Positions 25,011-38,179 of a DNA stretch of 64,000 nt are shown piece by piece. Each line of letters starts with the position of its first letter. The stretch's first letter is position 1. Made by a program: the position numbers and the translations under genes. Under the pieces are notes generated by a model that saw only the letters and a list, made by a program, of their open reading frames with translations, made no database searches and had not been told where the DNA came from. This stretch comes from Camelus ferus. Lineage: Eukaryota. Where the stretch lies: assembly GCF_009834535.1 (NCBI RefSeq), contig NC_045697.1:61320001-61384000 (forward strand). Reading direction: 5' to 3'.

Positions 25011-26559
25011 TAAGAATTGGATAATACTTCCGATTTTATTGAAAGGACAATGGTAAGCATTTGCAGGTGATTTGATAAGAGCGAAGAGTTGGTCAGTTTT
25101 GAGTTTTCAGGGTTCACTTTAACTTCAGTGTGGAGAAATAGAGCACCAACCAGGAGAGTGAAATAGAGTGGAAACCCATTCACTTTTCCCTTCCAGAATG
25201 CACACCTTGAAGAAGCTTGTTAGAAAGCTGATTCCTAGGGGTAGGTTGCTGAGGCACTTAGCAGCTCAAATGCATGGTAGGTGGCATCACCCTCTTCAGT
25301 ATGAGTCAACTAGCCCCTTGCTATGTAAAAGTAGTGCAGAAGAACGCCTGCAGAGAAGACACCCAATCCAGAGAAAGGATGAAACAAAGTCTGAGACTAT
25401 CAACCAACTTGAGTTCTTAGTGCAAAAAAAGAAATCTAAAATCATTTGAGTGTGGCTGAAATTCTGGAAGCTGCCTGGAAGGCCAGGAGACTGGGTCTGA
25501 TATTTATCCTGATTCACTAAAGGGAGTTATGCAATTATTAAAGAGGTTAAAGAGGTGAATGTAAAGCATCTAATGATTCTTTAAAAAATAATGGAATATC
25601 CCTTATTTGATCAATGATGGAATACATATGTGTATATGTATGTATATAGATATATAGATAGATTTATTGATTTGGGGTCTGCAGAAACTAGCATGTCTCC
25701 TCTTAATTAATGAACTATAAAAATAACATAGCAAGGAAATAACTATAAACCAAACAGCAATGTTCAGATAAAATTACATAAGGTCTATGTAGTTACCATA
25801 AGATCATGACTCTTGCAATTTGACAGTAAGACACAGTAGACCATGGAGTTTAGAACATGAATCCTGGAAGGATACAACTGAAACAACCTGTCTAACAGAT
25901 GATGAACAGATTCATTCAAACAGAACCATTTCAGCTATGCTACCAGAGATTAAAAAAAAGTTCAAATTTACCATTACTTTGATTTTCTCACCTGCTAGCA
26001 CTGACTGGTACTCTAATCAATGGAAGAGAAAGCTCTTAATTGTAGACTAAAGCTCTTGGAGGGGAAAAAAAGCTAATAAAACCATTCCATGTTCATCCAC
26101 CCCCAATTCAATATCTCAGTTAGAATGATCAAAGTAAAATTCAGCCTCATTGTTTTAAAAACAATAAAAATGTAAACTTTTAAGACACTAAAATTCTGTT
26201 CCATGTAATTCTCCATATAACCCTGTGTAAAGGATTGGGTTAATGAGTAGAAATGTTGCTTTGAATCTGAAAAGCTCTTCTTCCTGTAAAACAATCACCC
26301 TTAAGATAAATATTGTTACAGGTAGTTCTGTTCTGAGGTCTCAGTAGAATTCATGATGGCATACCTAAATCTTTATCCAGTGGCATATATATATATACAC
26401 ACACACATATATATGCCATATATAATATATGTATATTTATATTTGTAATTTTTGTAAAATATTCTTAAAAGATTCATTGTCTGTAGTTCAACACTAAAAG
26501 AAATAAGATGTTATCAGGCATATATGTATGCTAGATAATTGTATTTATTGAACATTCAA

Positions 26560-27260
26560 TATACTGAAAGAGGAGGTAGATTCTCTGAATGAGTGGAGAA
26601 GAAAAAAGGGAAACATTTTCTATCCATGACAATGTTAGGTAGGAATTAAAGGTGGGTGGGTTTAATTGGCAGAAGCCTCCTTTTAGAAGTTTTGAGAATT
26701 GGTATAGGAGTGAATGGATCAGTCCACAAAGAGATAATGGTGTGTACCCTGTTATCTTAGTAGATACAGCCATGAACATTAATAGGTAAATCAGTAAGGC
26801 AAATTATATTTTCTTAGCTGCAGAACTCTACCAAGTGTTGGTATGATCCTTAGGCAGCTGGAATAGACAGAAGCAAAAAAAAAAAAAAAAAAATCATAAA
26901 GGAAGAATAACTAGTAATAGCTTTTTATAAAATAATCAGAAATACACATTTCTCCAGATGTGAAAACCTGGAAAATGAGAGTATGAAAGTGCCAATGATG
27001 ATACAAACAAAGAACTGTTGACTGGAAGCAATGGGGGTGCCAGGGGCTAACTAAGAGTGACAAGAAGGAATTGAGGATGGGACAGCAAAATAGCATGACC
27101 CTCAAAAGAGCAGGGCTTTTGTTTGTTTGTTTGTTTGTTTTAGTAATAGGGTGAAAGAATGATGATCTAGGAGTTCAAGAGAGGGCCAAATAAATACCAC
27201 CCTCTTCTCCAAGTTAACCAACTTTGACGAAAATAAGGAGATTATTGGGGAGATTATGGC
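26560..27260 (-). mobile_element. LINE-2 ORF-region relic (tentative)
   Basis: Decayed purine-rich sequence resembling the antisense L2 coding region. Confidence 0.4.
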
Positions 27261-27299
27261 ATATGAGGATCAAAGGATTTCACTGGTTTTAAGTAACAG

Positions 27300-27480
27300 C
27301 TAGCAATCACTATGTGCTAAGCACATTGTACAGTGTTTTAAATTTGTACTAAATCATTTAATCTTCACAACAACACAATGGTGTAAAGTATTATGATCCG
27401 TCCATGTAACACATGAAGCGATTGAGGTTCACATGTCTAATTAATGACACAACTAAGAGTAAAGGTTATCTGAGTCCAAT
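27300..27480 (-). mobile_element. MIR SINE
   Basis: cactatgtgctaagcacattgt...tcatttaatcttcacaacaac...attatgatcc..catgtaac..atgaag.gattgagg. Confidence 0.75.
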
Positions 27481-28064
27481 TTTTACTAGAGAATGTTGCC
27501 AAACTGTGTAATAGTAGGCTTCCAAAAATTAAACTGTGAAGCTAGATTTACTTACTCAGCTATAGACAGCACAGGACTGCCTCAGATTTCTCCAGTGGTG
27601 GACTTTCTCCAGTAACGTGAATGGAATGGAGGTACAGACAAGACTATATGATTTTTACATGCACCCTGTTGCTCAGAAAAAGAAGTAAAAAGGGCCCATT
27701 TCCACTACTGATTCAAAGATAAGTCATGCATGTTTCCCCCCACCCCTACCCGGGAGAATTTAAGTCAGATGGTAGAAGAAGTCAGTGTCATGCTAGTGAA
27801 GGTCGCTGCCCACAGCAGGAAACTGCTCCCCCCATCGTACACACACACAATGTCTAGAAGCAGAATGAAAACAGAAAGACTCAGACTCTGTCCTACTTCC
27901 TGATCCTGAGATATGAGCTGAGGAAAAATAAGGCAGCAACTACGTCCTCAGAGAGCTACCTGGAAAGGGGATTTTCATGAAGGACTCCAGGTAGCATTAT
28001 GTTCTGCAAGCAAAAGGAATATTCAGCAAAGAGAGGGGTGATTGAGGAGAGTTTGATTAAAAAG

Positions 28065-28092
28065 ACACACACACACACACACACACACACAC
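28065..28092. repeat. (CA)14 microsatellite
   Basis: Perfect AC run. Confidence 0.95.
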
Positions 28093-29764
28093 GTATATAT
28101 ACAATATATGAGTGATGTGAGGAGTGATGTGAGGAGAGAGAGAGAGTGTGAAATAGTTCTAGAAAGCCCAGGCCCAATAAAGAGGTCTGGGAGGAAAAGG
28201 AGAACCATGAGCTTGGGTTAAAGAAGTGGACTGTTGCAGTGAGAATACAGGAAAGTGAAGACGACTAGGGAAGCTTTAATGTTGGATCTATAAGCATGGT
28301 TGGTTTCTTCTTTATAGTCATCTGGTGTCTTAACTCCCTAGCATGGTGCTCAGCAACAAGCGGCTTCCAGTTTTGCACCGGCAGCTGGACACCAGCTCAG
28401 TGGCTGGCTAAACCGATTCTCCCAAGGACCAACTCAGAGAAACGTTCACCTCAACTAAATTTGGACCTTACTCCTTTCATCTCCCTCTTGCCCAAAACAA
28501 TAATATAGTTAATCTATTATTGGTTTAGAGTATGTTATGTCTTTATTGGCTCATTAAGAAACAGTATTCTGTAAAATATTGGCTTGTGAAATTATTATAA
28601 TTCCTGCAGTGAACCTGTGTTAAGTAAATTATTGGCAAAGACAATCTCAGTCTCTGACCATAATTTGCTGCCAGGGATCAGACAAAACATACGTAACATT
28701 TGTAATAAGATATTTCTGGGTATTGGCATGAAATACCGCCAGGGATGTTTCACAGACAAATTTTGAAGACATTTGAATATTTTCCAGTGTATTAATTTTG
28801 GTTTGCTTATGTTTGAATGGCTTACAGATTAAATATTAGAGAGAGAAATCACTTTTTGCAGTTTCATAAAGCCTAGAGAAAACACAAACATAAAACCAGG
28901 CATATTTTTCAAAATTGCTAAACCTTTTAATAGAGCTAACAGACTCAAAAGAGTAATATTATTCTAAAGTTCATTTTAAATGAACTTTAAATTAGGTAGA
29001 GGCAGTGACTGACAACAGGAAATAATAGTGAAGAGGAGCTTAAATAATTTAGTACATCCATGACATGTCTCTGCTAACATTCACTCTATAATAAGTAAGT
29101 GCAGGGTCTATAAATTATTTGGTCCCAGTGTCTGATTTTGCAGTTACAGGATACTAACTTTTAGAACAGCAGTGAAACAATCTTTCCCATTTCTTTTCCA
29201 TTGTACATTTTCCCTTGAATACTTTTCAAAGGGATTTGTTCATACTTCAAAAACACCCAAATGAAAGCTAAGTTTCCATGTTACTTATGAAAAATGCAGT
29301 TTGGTTTCTGTAATAACTTAGCTCCTGAAAATCAACTCTAAATCAAATTATTCATAATGCAATAATTTAAAATGCAACGGAATCTCACAATTAAAAAGAC
29401 AACTCGACAGTGGATTTTTTGCAAAGTAAATAACTGCCTTGAAATGCTAGTCATTCTCTAATGTAAGTTTCCCAGATACATGTTTTCTTAATATACATAG
29501 ATGTATATGCACATACAAGATTTTTTTAATCTTATGTAGCATTTGTATATCATCAGCTTTTATGTTAGAATTCTATATCAGTTTAGAATAGAAAACAGAG
29601 AAGTCACGATCTCAGAAAAGTTACTATAAAAGCCTAACAATCACGAAGATAATAAAAACCAAAGGGACCTGTTCAAGGTTGAATCATTTTGAAACCACAT
29701 ATGTGAAAATCCTCAGATGAATTGCTTCAGGTGAAGAAATGAACAAAATATCAGTGACTATAGG

Positions 29765-30056
29765 AATAACTATTAGACCTGTCCTTCCCTGTGACCTTGA
29801 GGTTAGGCATTGGCACGTGACCTGCTTTAGCCAATGAAATGTGTGCAGATCTGACATGTATTGCAGTTGGGCAGAAACATTTAATAGCAGGGTACAATCA
29901 TCCATTCTTGCTCTCCTCCCGACTTGACAAATATGTAAGTGCATATTGAATTGGAGGTGTAACACTGAGCCATCCTACGGAGCACAGTTGCCCCAGAGAG
30001 TCACTCAGACATACAACTACTCTGTGTTAACAAAAAATAAGCATCTGTTGTTTTAG
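29765..30056 (+). mobile_element. MaLR LTR (MLT1J-like), 3' end cut by MER58
   Basis: ccttgaggttaggcattggcacgtgacctgctttagccaatgaaatgtg...aaaataagcatctgttgttttag. Confidence 0.8.
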
Positions 30057-30058
30057 AA

Positions 30059-30260
30059 CAGAGATCAGCAAACTTTTCCCGTAAAGAGTAAAATTGGAAA
30101 TATTTTCAGCTTTGTGAGTCAAACATTATCTCAACAACTCATTCTTCCCATTCTAACGTGAAAGCAGCCAGAAACAACATGTAAATGAATGGGGGTGTGT
30201 GTGCTGTGTTTTAATACAGCATTATTTTCAAAAACAGGTGGAGAGCTTGATTTGGCCTTG
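30059..30260 (+). mobile_element. hAT-Charlie MITE (MER58A-like)
   Basis: cagagatcagcaaacttttc..gtaaag...aaatattttcagctttgtg...gtgaaagcagcca..aacaacatgtaaatgaatggg...aaaaacaggtgg. Confidence 0.85.
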
Positions 30261-30279
30261 TTTTAACTAGCTTAGTTCA

Positions 30280-32395
30280 AGGGATATTCACACTTTATTA
30301 TGAATAATGCTGCTATGAAATCTGTGTTCAAGTTTTTGCATAAAAATACATTTTCCTTTCTCTGGAGTACATACTTAGAAGTGAATATCCTGGTATGGGA
30401 TTAACATTTTGAAGAACTGCCAAGAATGTTCCAAAGTGGCTGAATCATTTTACATTCCCATGGGCAATGCGATTTCTTCAAATCCTCATCAACACTTGCT
30501 ATTGTCTGACTTTTTCCCTTTCTTTCTTTTTTCTTTTTTCTTTTTAGCCATCTTAGTGAGGGTGAGTACTACGTCTTCATGATTTTGACCAGCATTTCCT
30601 TGTGATTAGTGATATTGAGCATCTTCTCATGTGCTGTTGGCATATTTGCATACCTTTTTAGGAGGGACACCTATTCAAATCATTTGTCCATTTTTATTAG
30701 GTTATTTACCTTTCTATTGTTGAGTTTTAAGAATTACTGATATATTACGGTTTGAGACCCTTATCAGACACATAATTTATAATTTTTTTCCCTACTCTGT
30801 GGGTTGCCTTTTTCTTGATGGTATTAGTGATGCAAAAGATTTTTAATTTTTGATAAAATCCAATTTATCCATTATTTTTCTTTTGTTGCTTGTGCTGTTT
30901 GTGTCATATCTGAGATCCTTTACCAAATCAGAGGTCATGAAGATTTATTCCTACATTATCTTCTGAAAGTTTTATAGCTTTAGGTCTTGAATATAGATGT
31001 GTATAGTGTAAGCCCAATAGCTGGCTTTACTTTTTGTACTGCGAGTGCCTGGCCTGAGCTTTGATGGTTGAGGAATCCACTTCAAAGATGGGTATCTCAC
31101 ATTAAGTAAACACACTGCCAGCCACATAACTAGATAAAGATAGATAAAAAGCCAGGCCACCACCAAGCCTCCAACCTCCCGGCCTCCCCAGAACCTTTGC
31201 TTTCGAGACATTGGTTGACTTCTATTACTATTTGGGCCCTTGTTTTTTCTCTTCCTTTGCTTTAAATCTCCATTCTTATGTTTTACATTCACTGATAAAG
31301 AGTGAGCCCTTGAAACCCTAGGCCCTAACCCTAGACCCCAATAAAAGCACAACTCCAGGGGGTTCTCTTTCTCTCTCTCTCCCTTCTTCATCCCACCCTG
31401 ACACCTAACCTCACTGTGTGGCCCCAGGTGTGCCATGTAATTTCCAGAACCTGTCAGTAATAACCATTGTCTCTTTCAAAGTTTCCTGATAGTTATTGCT
31501 AAGGGCATCTTGGAAGCATAATAAGAACCACAAGTGTCAGTACAGCCACAATACTGGCTACTAATAGGCTGAGACTGGCACACAACAGATTTTACCCACT
31601 TTAAGTTAATTTTTATATATGATGTAAGGAAGGGTACACCACTTTTATTCTTTTGCATGTCTTTCTGTTGTCCTAGCATCATTTGTTGAAAATAGTATTT
31701 TTCTCCATTGAATGGTCTTTGAATCCTTGTCAAAAATCAGTTAACCATACACATAAAGCTTATTTCTAGACCCTTAATTCTATTCCTTGAATTTATACCT
31801 CTATCCTTATGTCAGTACCATACTATCCTTGATTACAGTAGCTTTGTATTAAGTTTTTAAATCATGAAGTAAATCTTCTAACTGTTCTTTTACAAAATTG
31901 TTTTGGATATTTTTTATCATAAAGTCCTTACGAATTTTAGAATCAACTTGTCAATTTCTACAAAGAAGATAGCTATGATTGTAACAGGGATATTAAATCT
32001 ATAGATCATAGTTTGGGGAATACTGTTATCTTAACAAGAAGTCTTCTAATTTATGAACAATATGTCTTTCCACTTAGTTAGGTCTACTTTAACTTCAATC
32101 AATAACATTTCATACTGTCAGAGTACAAGTTTTGCACTTCTTTTGATAAATTTATTCCAAAGTATTTTATTTCTTTTGATGTTACTATAAATGAAATTGG
32201 TTTCTGACCTTCATTCTTGCATTTTTGCTAATTACAAATGTATAGAAATACAATTTATTTCTGTATATTACTTTTGTATCCTGCAATCTTGCTGAAATTA
32301 TTTATAAGTTCTAATAGTTTTACTAGTGGATTCCTTAGGATGTCTAGATAAAAGATGATGTCATCTGCAAATAGATATAGCTTTACTTTTTCCCA
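30280..32395 (-). mobile_element. Old LINE-1 ORF2/3' region (L1MB/MC-like), interrupted by an LTR
   Basis: ttatgaataatgctgctatgaa, ccaaagtggctg..tcattttacattccca, catttgttgaaa, gtcagtaccatac, tcatctgcaaatagatatag. Confidence 0.92.
30999..31587 (+). mobile_element. Solo LTR inserted in L1 (ERVL MER73/MER74-like; family uncertain)
   Basis: TG...CA bounded non-L1 block; ccccaataaaag, CT-rich tract, gtgtggccccaggtgtgcc, cagtaataac; L1 sequence resumes collinearly after it. Confidence 0.7.
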
Positions 32396-32544
32396 TACTT
32401 TATGGAAGAGAAGAATTTTGGAAGTCTTTATGCTGTCATTTCAGAAGTGCTTATCCAACTTGGTTTTGAATGAAATTGTGACTTTACATATGATATAAAA
32501 TAAAAAACCCAATAATAATGAGAACTGAGCTTTAAAATAACAGT

Positions 32545-33584
32545 AAATAGAATAAATAATCCTAAAATTTACATGGAATCACGAAAGACCCAGTACTGCT
32601 AAAGCAATATTGAAGAAAATGAAAGAAGCTGGAGGCATAACTCTCCCAGACTTCAGACAATACTACAAAGCCACAGTAATCAAAACAGCATGGTATTGGC
32701 ACACAAACAGACATATGGATCCATGGAACAGAATAAAGAGCCCAGAAATAAACCTACAAACTTTTGGTCAATTAATCTTTGACAAAGGAGGCAAGAACAG
32801 ACAATGGAGTAAAGACAGCCTCTTCAGCAAGTTGGGAAAGCTGGACAGCTGCATGTAAATCAATGAAGTTAGAATACTCCCTCACACCATACACAAAAGT
32901 AAACTCAAAATGGCTGAAAGACTTAAACATAAGACAAGACACCATAAATCTCCTAGAAGAGAACACAAACAAAACATTCTCTGACATAAATTGCTGCAAT
33001 GTTTTCTTATGTCAGTCTCCCAAGGCAATGGAAATAAAACCAAAAATAAACAAATGGGACTTAATTAAACTTATAAACATTTGCACAGCAAACAAAACCA
33101 TAAACAAAAAGAAAAGAGAACATACAGAATGGGAGAAAATATTTGAAAATGATATGACTGACAAGGGCTTAACTTCCAGAATATACAAACAGCTCATTCA
33201 ATTCAATAATTAAAAAAAAAAAAAAACCCACCCAATCAAAAAGTAGGAAGAAGACCTGAACAGACATTTTTTCAATGAAGACATACAGATAGCCAATAGG
33301 TACATAAAAAATGCTCAGTATTGCTAATTATCAGAGAAATGAAAATCAAAACTACAATGAGGTATCACTTCACACCAGTCAGAATGGCCATTATTAAAAG
33401 TCCACAAACAGTAAATGCTGGAGAGAGTGTGGAGAAAAGGTAATCCTCCCATTGTTGGAGGGAATGTAATTTGGTGCAGCCACTATGGAAAATAATATGG
33501 AGATTGCTTAAAAAACTAAAAATAGAATCGCTAAATGATCCAGCAATTGTCCAGAGAAAACTCTAATTGGAGAGGATACATGTA
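32545..33584 (+). mobile_element. Younger LINE-1 ORF2 3' fragment (5'- and 3'-truncated)
   Basis: ORFs 32610-32858 ([25 protein letters not shown]) and 32779-33213 (LTPYTKVNSKWLKDLNIRQDTINLLEEN) are frameshifted L1 ORF2. Confidence 0.96.
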
Positions 33585-34229
33585 AAGTGTAAGGAACTCA
33601 GAATGAGCAAAGGAGGGTCCTCAGAGTTTGATTATTCCATCAGGGAACAATTTCATTGATATTTAAAGATAAGTAATTGGAGAAATGTATTAGAAATATA
33701 CAATTTTATTAAAATTTGACTCACTCCCTAAATTACACCTACTCTGACTTTCTTGTAATTTTCTGACTGCAAAAAAACTGAAATACAATAGCAAAAATGA
33801 ATAAATCTAAGCTACCAGGTCTTGTTAATAGAACAACCCCCACAATTCTACAGCTAGCAAGCTATTGTAGATGTTCGTGTTTTATATTAGTAATTACAGT
33901 ATAATTAATGTTAATTCTAAAGCATATTATGCTGAAAACAGTACTGGCAACTTATGTCATTGTTACACGGGAGAAGAATTTTGCTAATTATTTAATTATT
34001 CACTGAATACAAAATGTAAAGGTTAGGACTCAAAAGCTCCAAGTCTTGGAATCTTTTAGAAAATCTTATCCACTTTTGAATTAACCTATGAAAGCTTTAG
34101 TGGTGTCATCATGCTAAAGGACAAATGCATATAGGCAGTGGTTAATTTAGCCTCTCAAACATTATTTATGACTTAAAAAGTCCTAAGACATATGTAAATT
34201 GAGATATCAAATTCTAGGCATCATTAATA

Positions 34230-34678
34230 TAGTAGATACTAGTGGGATCCCATCCAGATCCCCTTACTGGGGCTGGAATGGGCATTCCCCATCTGCTGGG
34301 TGCTGGGTGCTTACGGTGCATAGCTGCTCCTTTTACAGAGAATCCCAGTTGGCTGAACAGAAGCCACGTTGCCCTATGCAGGAAGCACATTGCTCCTCAT
34401 CCCCATCCTCCACTTGTAGCTGGGGTTCCAGTAGACTGGCCATGATGGACACAGAGATAAAATGGCTGCTCCTTATGCCTCCAGAAGTGACTCTCAGGTG
34501 CAACTGGTGCTCCAGAGCTCCTAAGCAATCAGGTTAACATTAAACTCACATTCTTGCTTGGAGTCTTCCCCTCATCTTATTCTGTTTAACTTCAGTTGCT
34601 TTCTCCTAAAGGACATCCTCAATTACTTACATCTGAATCCCATCTCAGGCTTCCTTCTAGGGAATCAGACCTGATACA
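34230..34678 (+). mobile_element. ERVL solo LTR (LTR16C-like)
   Basis: ccagatccccttactggggctgg...tgctgggtgct..ggtgcatagctgctcc..agagaat; ends gaatcccatctcaggctt.cttctagggaatc.gacctgataca. Confidence 0.85.
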
Positions 34679-34939
34679 ATTCATATCCCATACAATGGAT
34701 GGTGATGGAAGAGATCTTATTTTTTTGAGCACCTACAATGTCCTACTCTGTATAAGTCATACTGTTATTCTCATTTTATGTTGAAGAAAACCATCAGAAT
34801 ATCCACTGATTCATATGATTTATAAGAAAATCTTCAAAACACCAAATTCGTAAAAGTCCATGATACAAAATACACATTTAAATCTTTGTTTATGATGCGT
34901 GATACCCAATTCACTCAGCAAAGCAAACAGGGAACAAAT

Positions 34940-35140
34940 AAACAGTGTTGCAGCACAGAGGTTAAGAGACATGTTCTGCAGTCAGACTGCCAAGCTTTCA
35001 ACCGTGGCCCTATCAGTTACTACCTTTGTTACTGCAAAAGTGAATTAACTTTTTGGTGCTTTAGTTTTCACATTTGTAAAACAGGGATAATTATTGTGTT
35101 TTCTTTAGTTTTATTTTCAGAATTCATGAATCTATAAATG
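34940..35140 (+). mobile_element. MIR SINE
   Basis: gaggttaagagac..gttctgcagtcagactgcc...ttagttttcacatttgtaaaacagggataat. Confidence 0.85.
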
Positions 35141-35974
35141 AGTCTATGAGACTGATGACTTTTTGGAAAAATGTCACAAATCTGCTATAGCTGGAGGGAA
35201 AAAAGGTAGAATTTTTTTTTCAAACATCAGAAGAATTATATATTTGGTAACTGATGATGTCTTTGATAGCGAATTCTCTACCCTAAAAGCTATATTGTAT
35301 TTATTTCAATTATTTTGCTAAATAAAGACAGAAAGCTCTAAAATTTCCTTTCTGCATATCTAAAACCATTTTTATGTTCTCAATAATATGGATGTTTTAC
35401 ACTATCAATTCACAGTTATTTAAAACAAGCATTGTTTTTCCTTTTTTACTTCCTGAATATCTGGGAAAAGATCTGAGACCAAAAATAATAAGAAATTGAA
35501 AACAGCAATTTGGTTCACAGAAAACCAATGCCCTAGGAGCCTTAGTTACTTGTGAAATCTGATCCTATTAAATGAGAAAGAAACAAAAGGTGACTGCACC
35601 AAAGAGAGATCATCAACATTTAGTTTAAACCACTGTTGATCAAAATATTTCAATAAATATAAAATAATTTAGTTTTCCTTCAGGAAAAAATCCCTACATT
35701 ATATCCTCTCCTTAATTGCTTTTAATAACATCTTGAGAAGAAAAAGTTTTATCTTCCCCTACTTTTCACTCAAAACTATCTGAATACAAAGGGATGTTAA
35801 GTTTCAGCAAAAACATAAAGCTCAAGTGAGGAAGTTCCTGGATTACTATCTTCCTGGGAAGTATTGCATATTAATTGTATCCAAGAGCAATTTTTAAAAA
35901 CTGATGGCTGTCATGCTTCTAGAAATTAGATTTGTTTCTTTCATTCATTACTTAATTAAGTACTTCGTTAATTA

Positions 35975-37680
35975 CTTCATTCAGCCACGCTGTCACAAAG
36001 GCAGCAAGTATTGACAGAGAATCAGCTCCATGTACGGCAACCTCCCTAGGTATTGTTACAGCGGCAGACAAAGCTCTTGTCTCTTGGAGCTTATGTCCCT
36101 AGTGTGGGAAATTTATATTAAACTAATAAATGATCAAACAGGATAATTACAGTTTGTGATTACTTTTATGAAGGAAATGAACTGTGTTTTGGTTTAGAAG
36201 TAACTAGAAGGTTTGGGCAGTTCTTGAAGTCTGCTTTGAAGAACTGCAGTTTGAAGATTAAAAACAAGCCAGTGAGAAAGAGTTGAGAGAAGAGTTTTCC
36301 AGGCAGAAGGAAGAGCAAGTGCAAAGCCTGTGAATTAGGAAAGATGTGGAGTGTTCAAGGAGGTGACAGAAGATCATCGTTGCTCATGCAGCACAGTGAG
36401 TAAGCGGCAATACGTGAAGCTGGAAAGGAATAGAGAATTTAGGTCATGCAGGTTCATGTAGTCTGGGAAGGGATTTTAATTTTATTAAAAGAGCAGTTGG
36501 CAGCCACTGAGGTTTTAAGTAGGGAGTGACATGATTTAACTTAAAAATTATATTTAAAAATTAACTCTGTTATGTCTCAAATGGATTCGAAAATAGTAAG
36601 AATAAAATCAGGAAGATAAGTACGAGGCTGGCAAAGAAATCCAGGCAAAAGATGGCAGCTTGGAATAAGCATGGAAGCCATAGAGAGAAGTGGACAGATG
36701 TGGGATATTTTGGCAGCTAAACTGAAGCTTTTGTTATCTTTGGAATGTGGGTGGGAAAATGAGCTAAACAGAAGAATTAACCAGATTTTCAACTTAAGAA
36801 TTGATAGTAATGAAGCCACTTTTGAAATGGGGAAATCTAGGGGAGGTGGAGGGATGGAGAGGAAGGAATAGTGAGTCCCATTCTGATCATACTAAGTTTG
36901 AGATGGTTCCACCTGACATTCAACTGGAGATATCAGGTAGGCATTTGGAAATAAAAATGTGACTATTAGGAGATAATTCCTGACTGAAGATACAGAATTA
37001 GGATACATCAGCACGTAGATGGATTTTCAAGTTTTGACATAAGACAAGATCATATAAGAAAAGGAGTATAAATAAACACAAAGAAGCCAAGTGTAGAGAG
37101 TGGTTCAAGGAGAAGTGGCTTGAATGCTCTTAGATTAACTAACTCCAGTTAGAGAAGGATGGGGAGATGTTCATTAAATTTGGAAAATAGAGAGGTCCAG
37201 TGTTCTCTGAAAGGAGCAGACTCAGAGAAATACAGGGATGAAAACCAAAAAGGGATGGATTAAGAACAGAAGGGAACTGAAGAATAGAGACAAATCTATG
37301 CAAATAACATACTTGAACAATTTTGCTGAGAAGGGATGAAGAGAAATAGTTTTGTGACTGAAGGGAAATATAGAGTAAATTAATGATTTTTAGGATGGGA
37401 AATATTGATATATATTATATGTTGATAGAAATGAAAGAGTAAATATAGAGAGACTATTGATTCTGGAGAAAAATATTGGAAATTATAAAGGAGCACAGTC
37501 TTTGAAAAGAAGACCATGGACGCATAAGAAACAGAGATTTAGATTTAACCTGAACAGGGTAATTTCTTCCATTTGACAGAAAAGAACACAGAAAATGAGT
37601 GGAGGCAGAGGTTTTGGCTTCAGATTTGACTAATGGAGATGAAGAAGGTCCTCTCTGATGGCTGGAAGTCATCAGATTTA
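35975..37680 (-). mobile_element. LINE-2 (about 1.7 kb)
   Basis: agacaaagctcttgtctcttggagctta, ttccaggcagaaggaagagcaagtgcaaag, gaggttttaagtagggagtgacatgat, agagaagtggacagat, aagtttgagatg, catcagcacgtagatgg. Confidence 0.85.
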
Positions 37681-38179
37681 GAATGAGGAAATCGTTAATA
37701 AGTGAAGATGTTTTTCTGGAGGAATAAGTTGGTGTTTGTTAGAGAATGAGACTGTAGTGGTGACAAAATGACAAGAAAAGTTAGTGGCCCAGCTAAGTGT
37801 TAAATGCTTATAACTGGCTTTATTACGTCATTCCTGGTATTTGTCAAGAGGGGCAACTCTAAAGATAATGTGAAAAAAAGAACTAGAAATATTTCAAGGA
37901 CACAGAGTAGCAAATGAAGACTTTCAGGCTTCTTTTGAAAGGTCTAAAGTTTTAATTTGTTATGATGCACTAACTCAATTTTCTTTTTGTTTTAACTGAG
38001 AAAGCACTTTTCTTCAAAATCTCCATAAAATCCCCTTTTAAAAATTTAAAATTTAGTCTACCAACTAAACCATTTATTGCAAGTATTCCTTTCTGCTTGA
38101 AGACTTACAAGAAATTAAAAAAATAATTATTTGACCAGTATGTCAGTTCCACTGTACTTATGCAAATAAGATAACATTT

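Noticed and set aside
25168..25449. 93-aa ORF with an internal acceptor-like ttttcccttccag
   Set aside because: GTG start, flanked by L2 relics, no recognisable domain
30972..31436. Longest ORF in the window (154 aa, - strand)
   Set aside because: Lies antisense across a solo LTR and into L1; no recognisable protein family
32610..33213. ORFs with clear protein similarity
   Set aside because: Frameshifted LINE-1 ORF2 remnants, not a host gene
30280..33584. Divergent L1 pair as a twin-priming inversion
   Set aside because: The two pieces cover overlapping ORF2 coordinates, differ in apparent age and are separated by about 150 bp of unrelated sequence, so they are independent insertions
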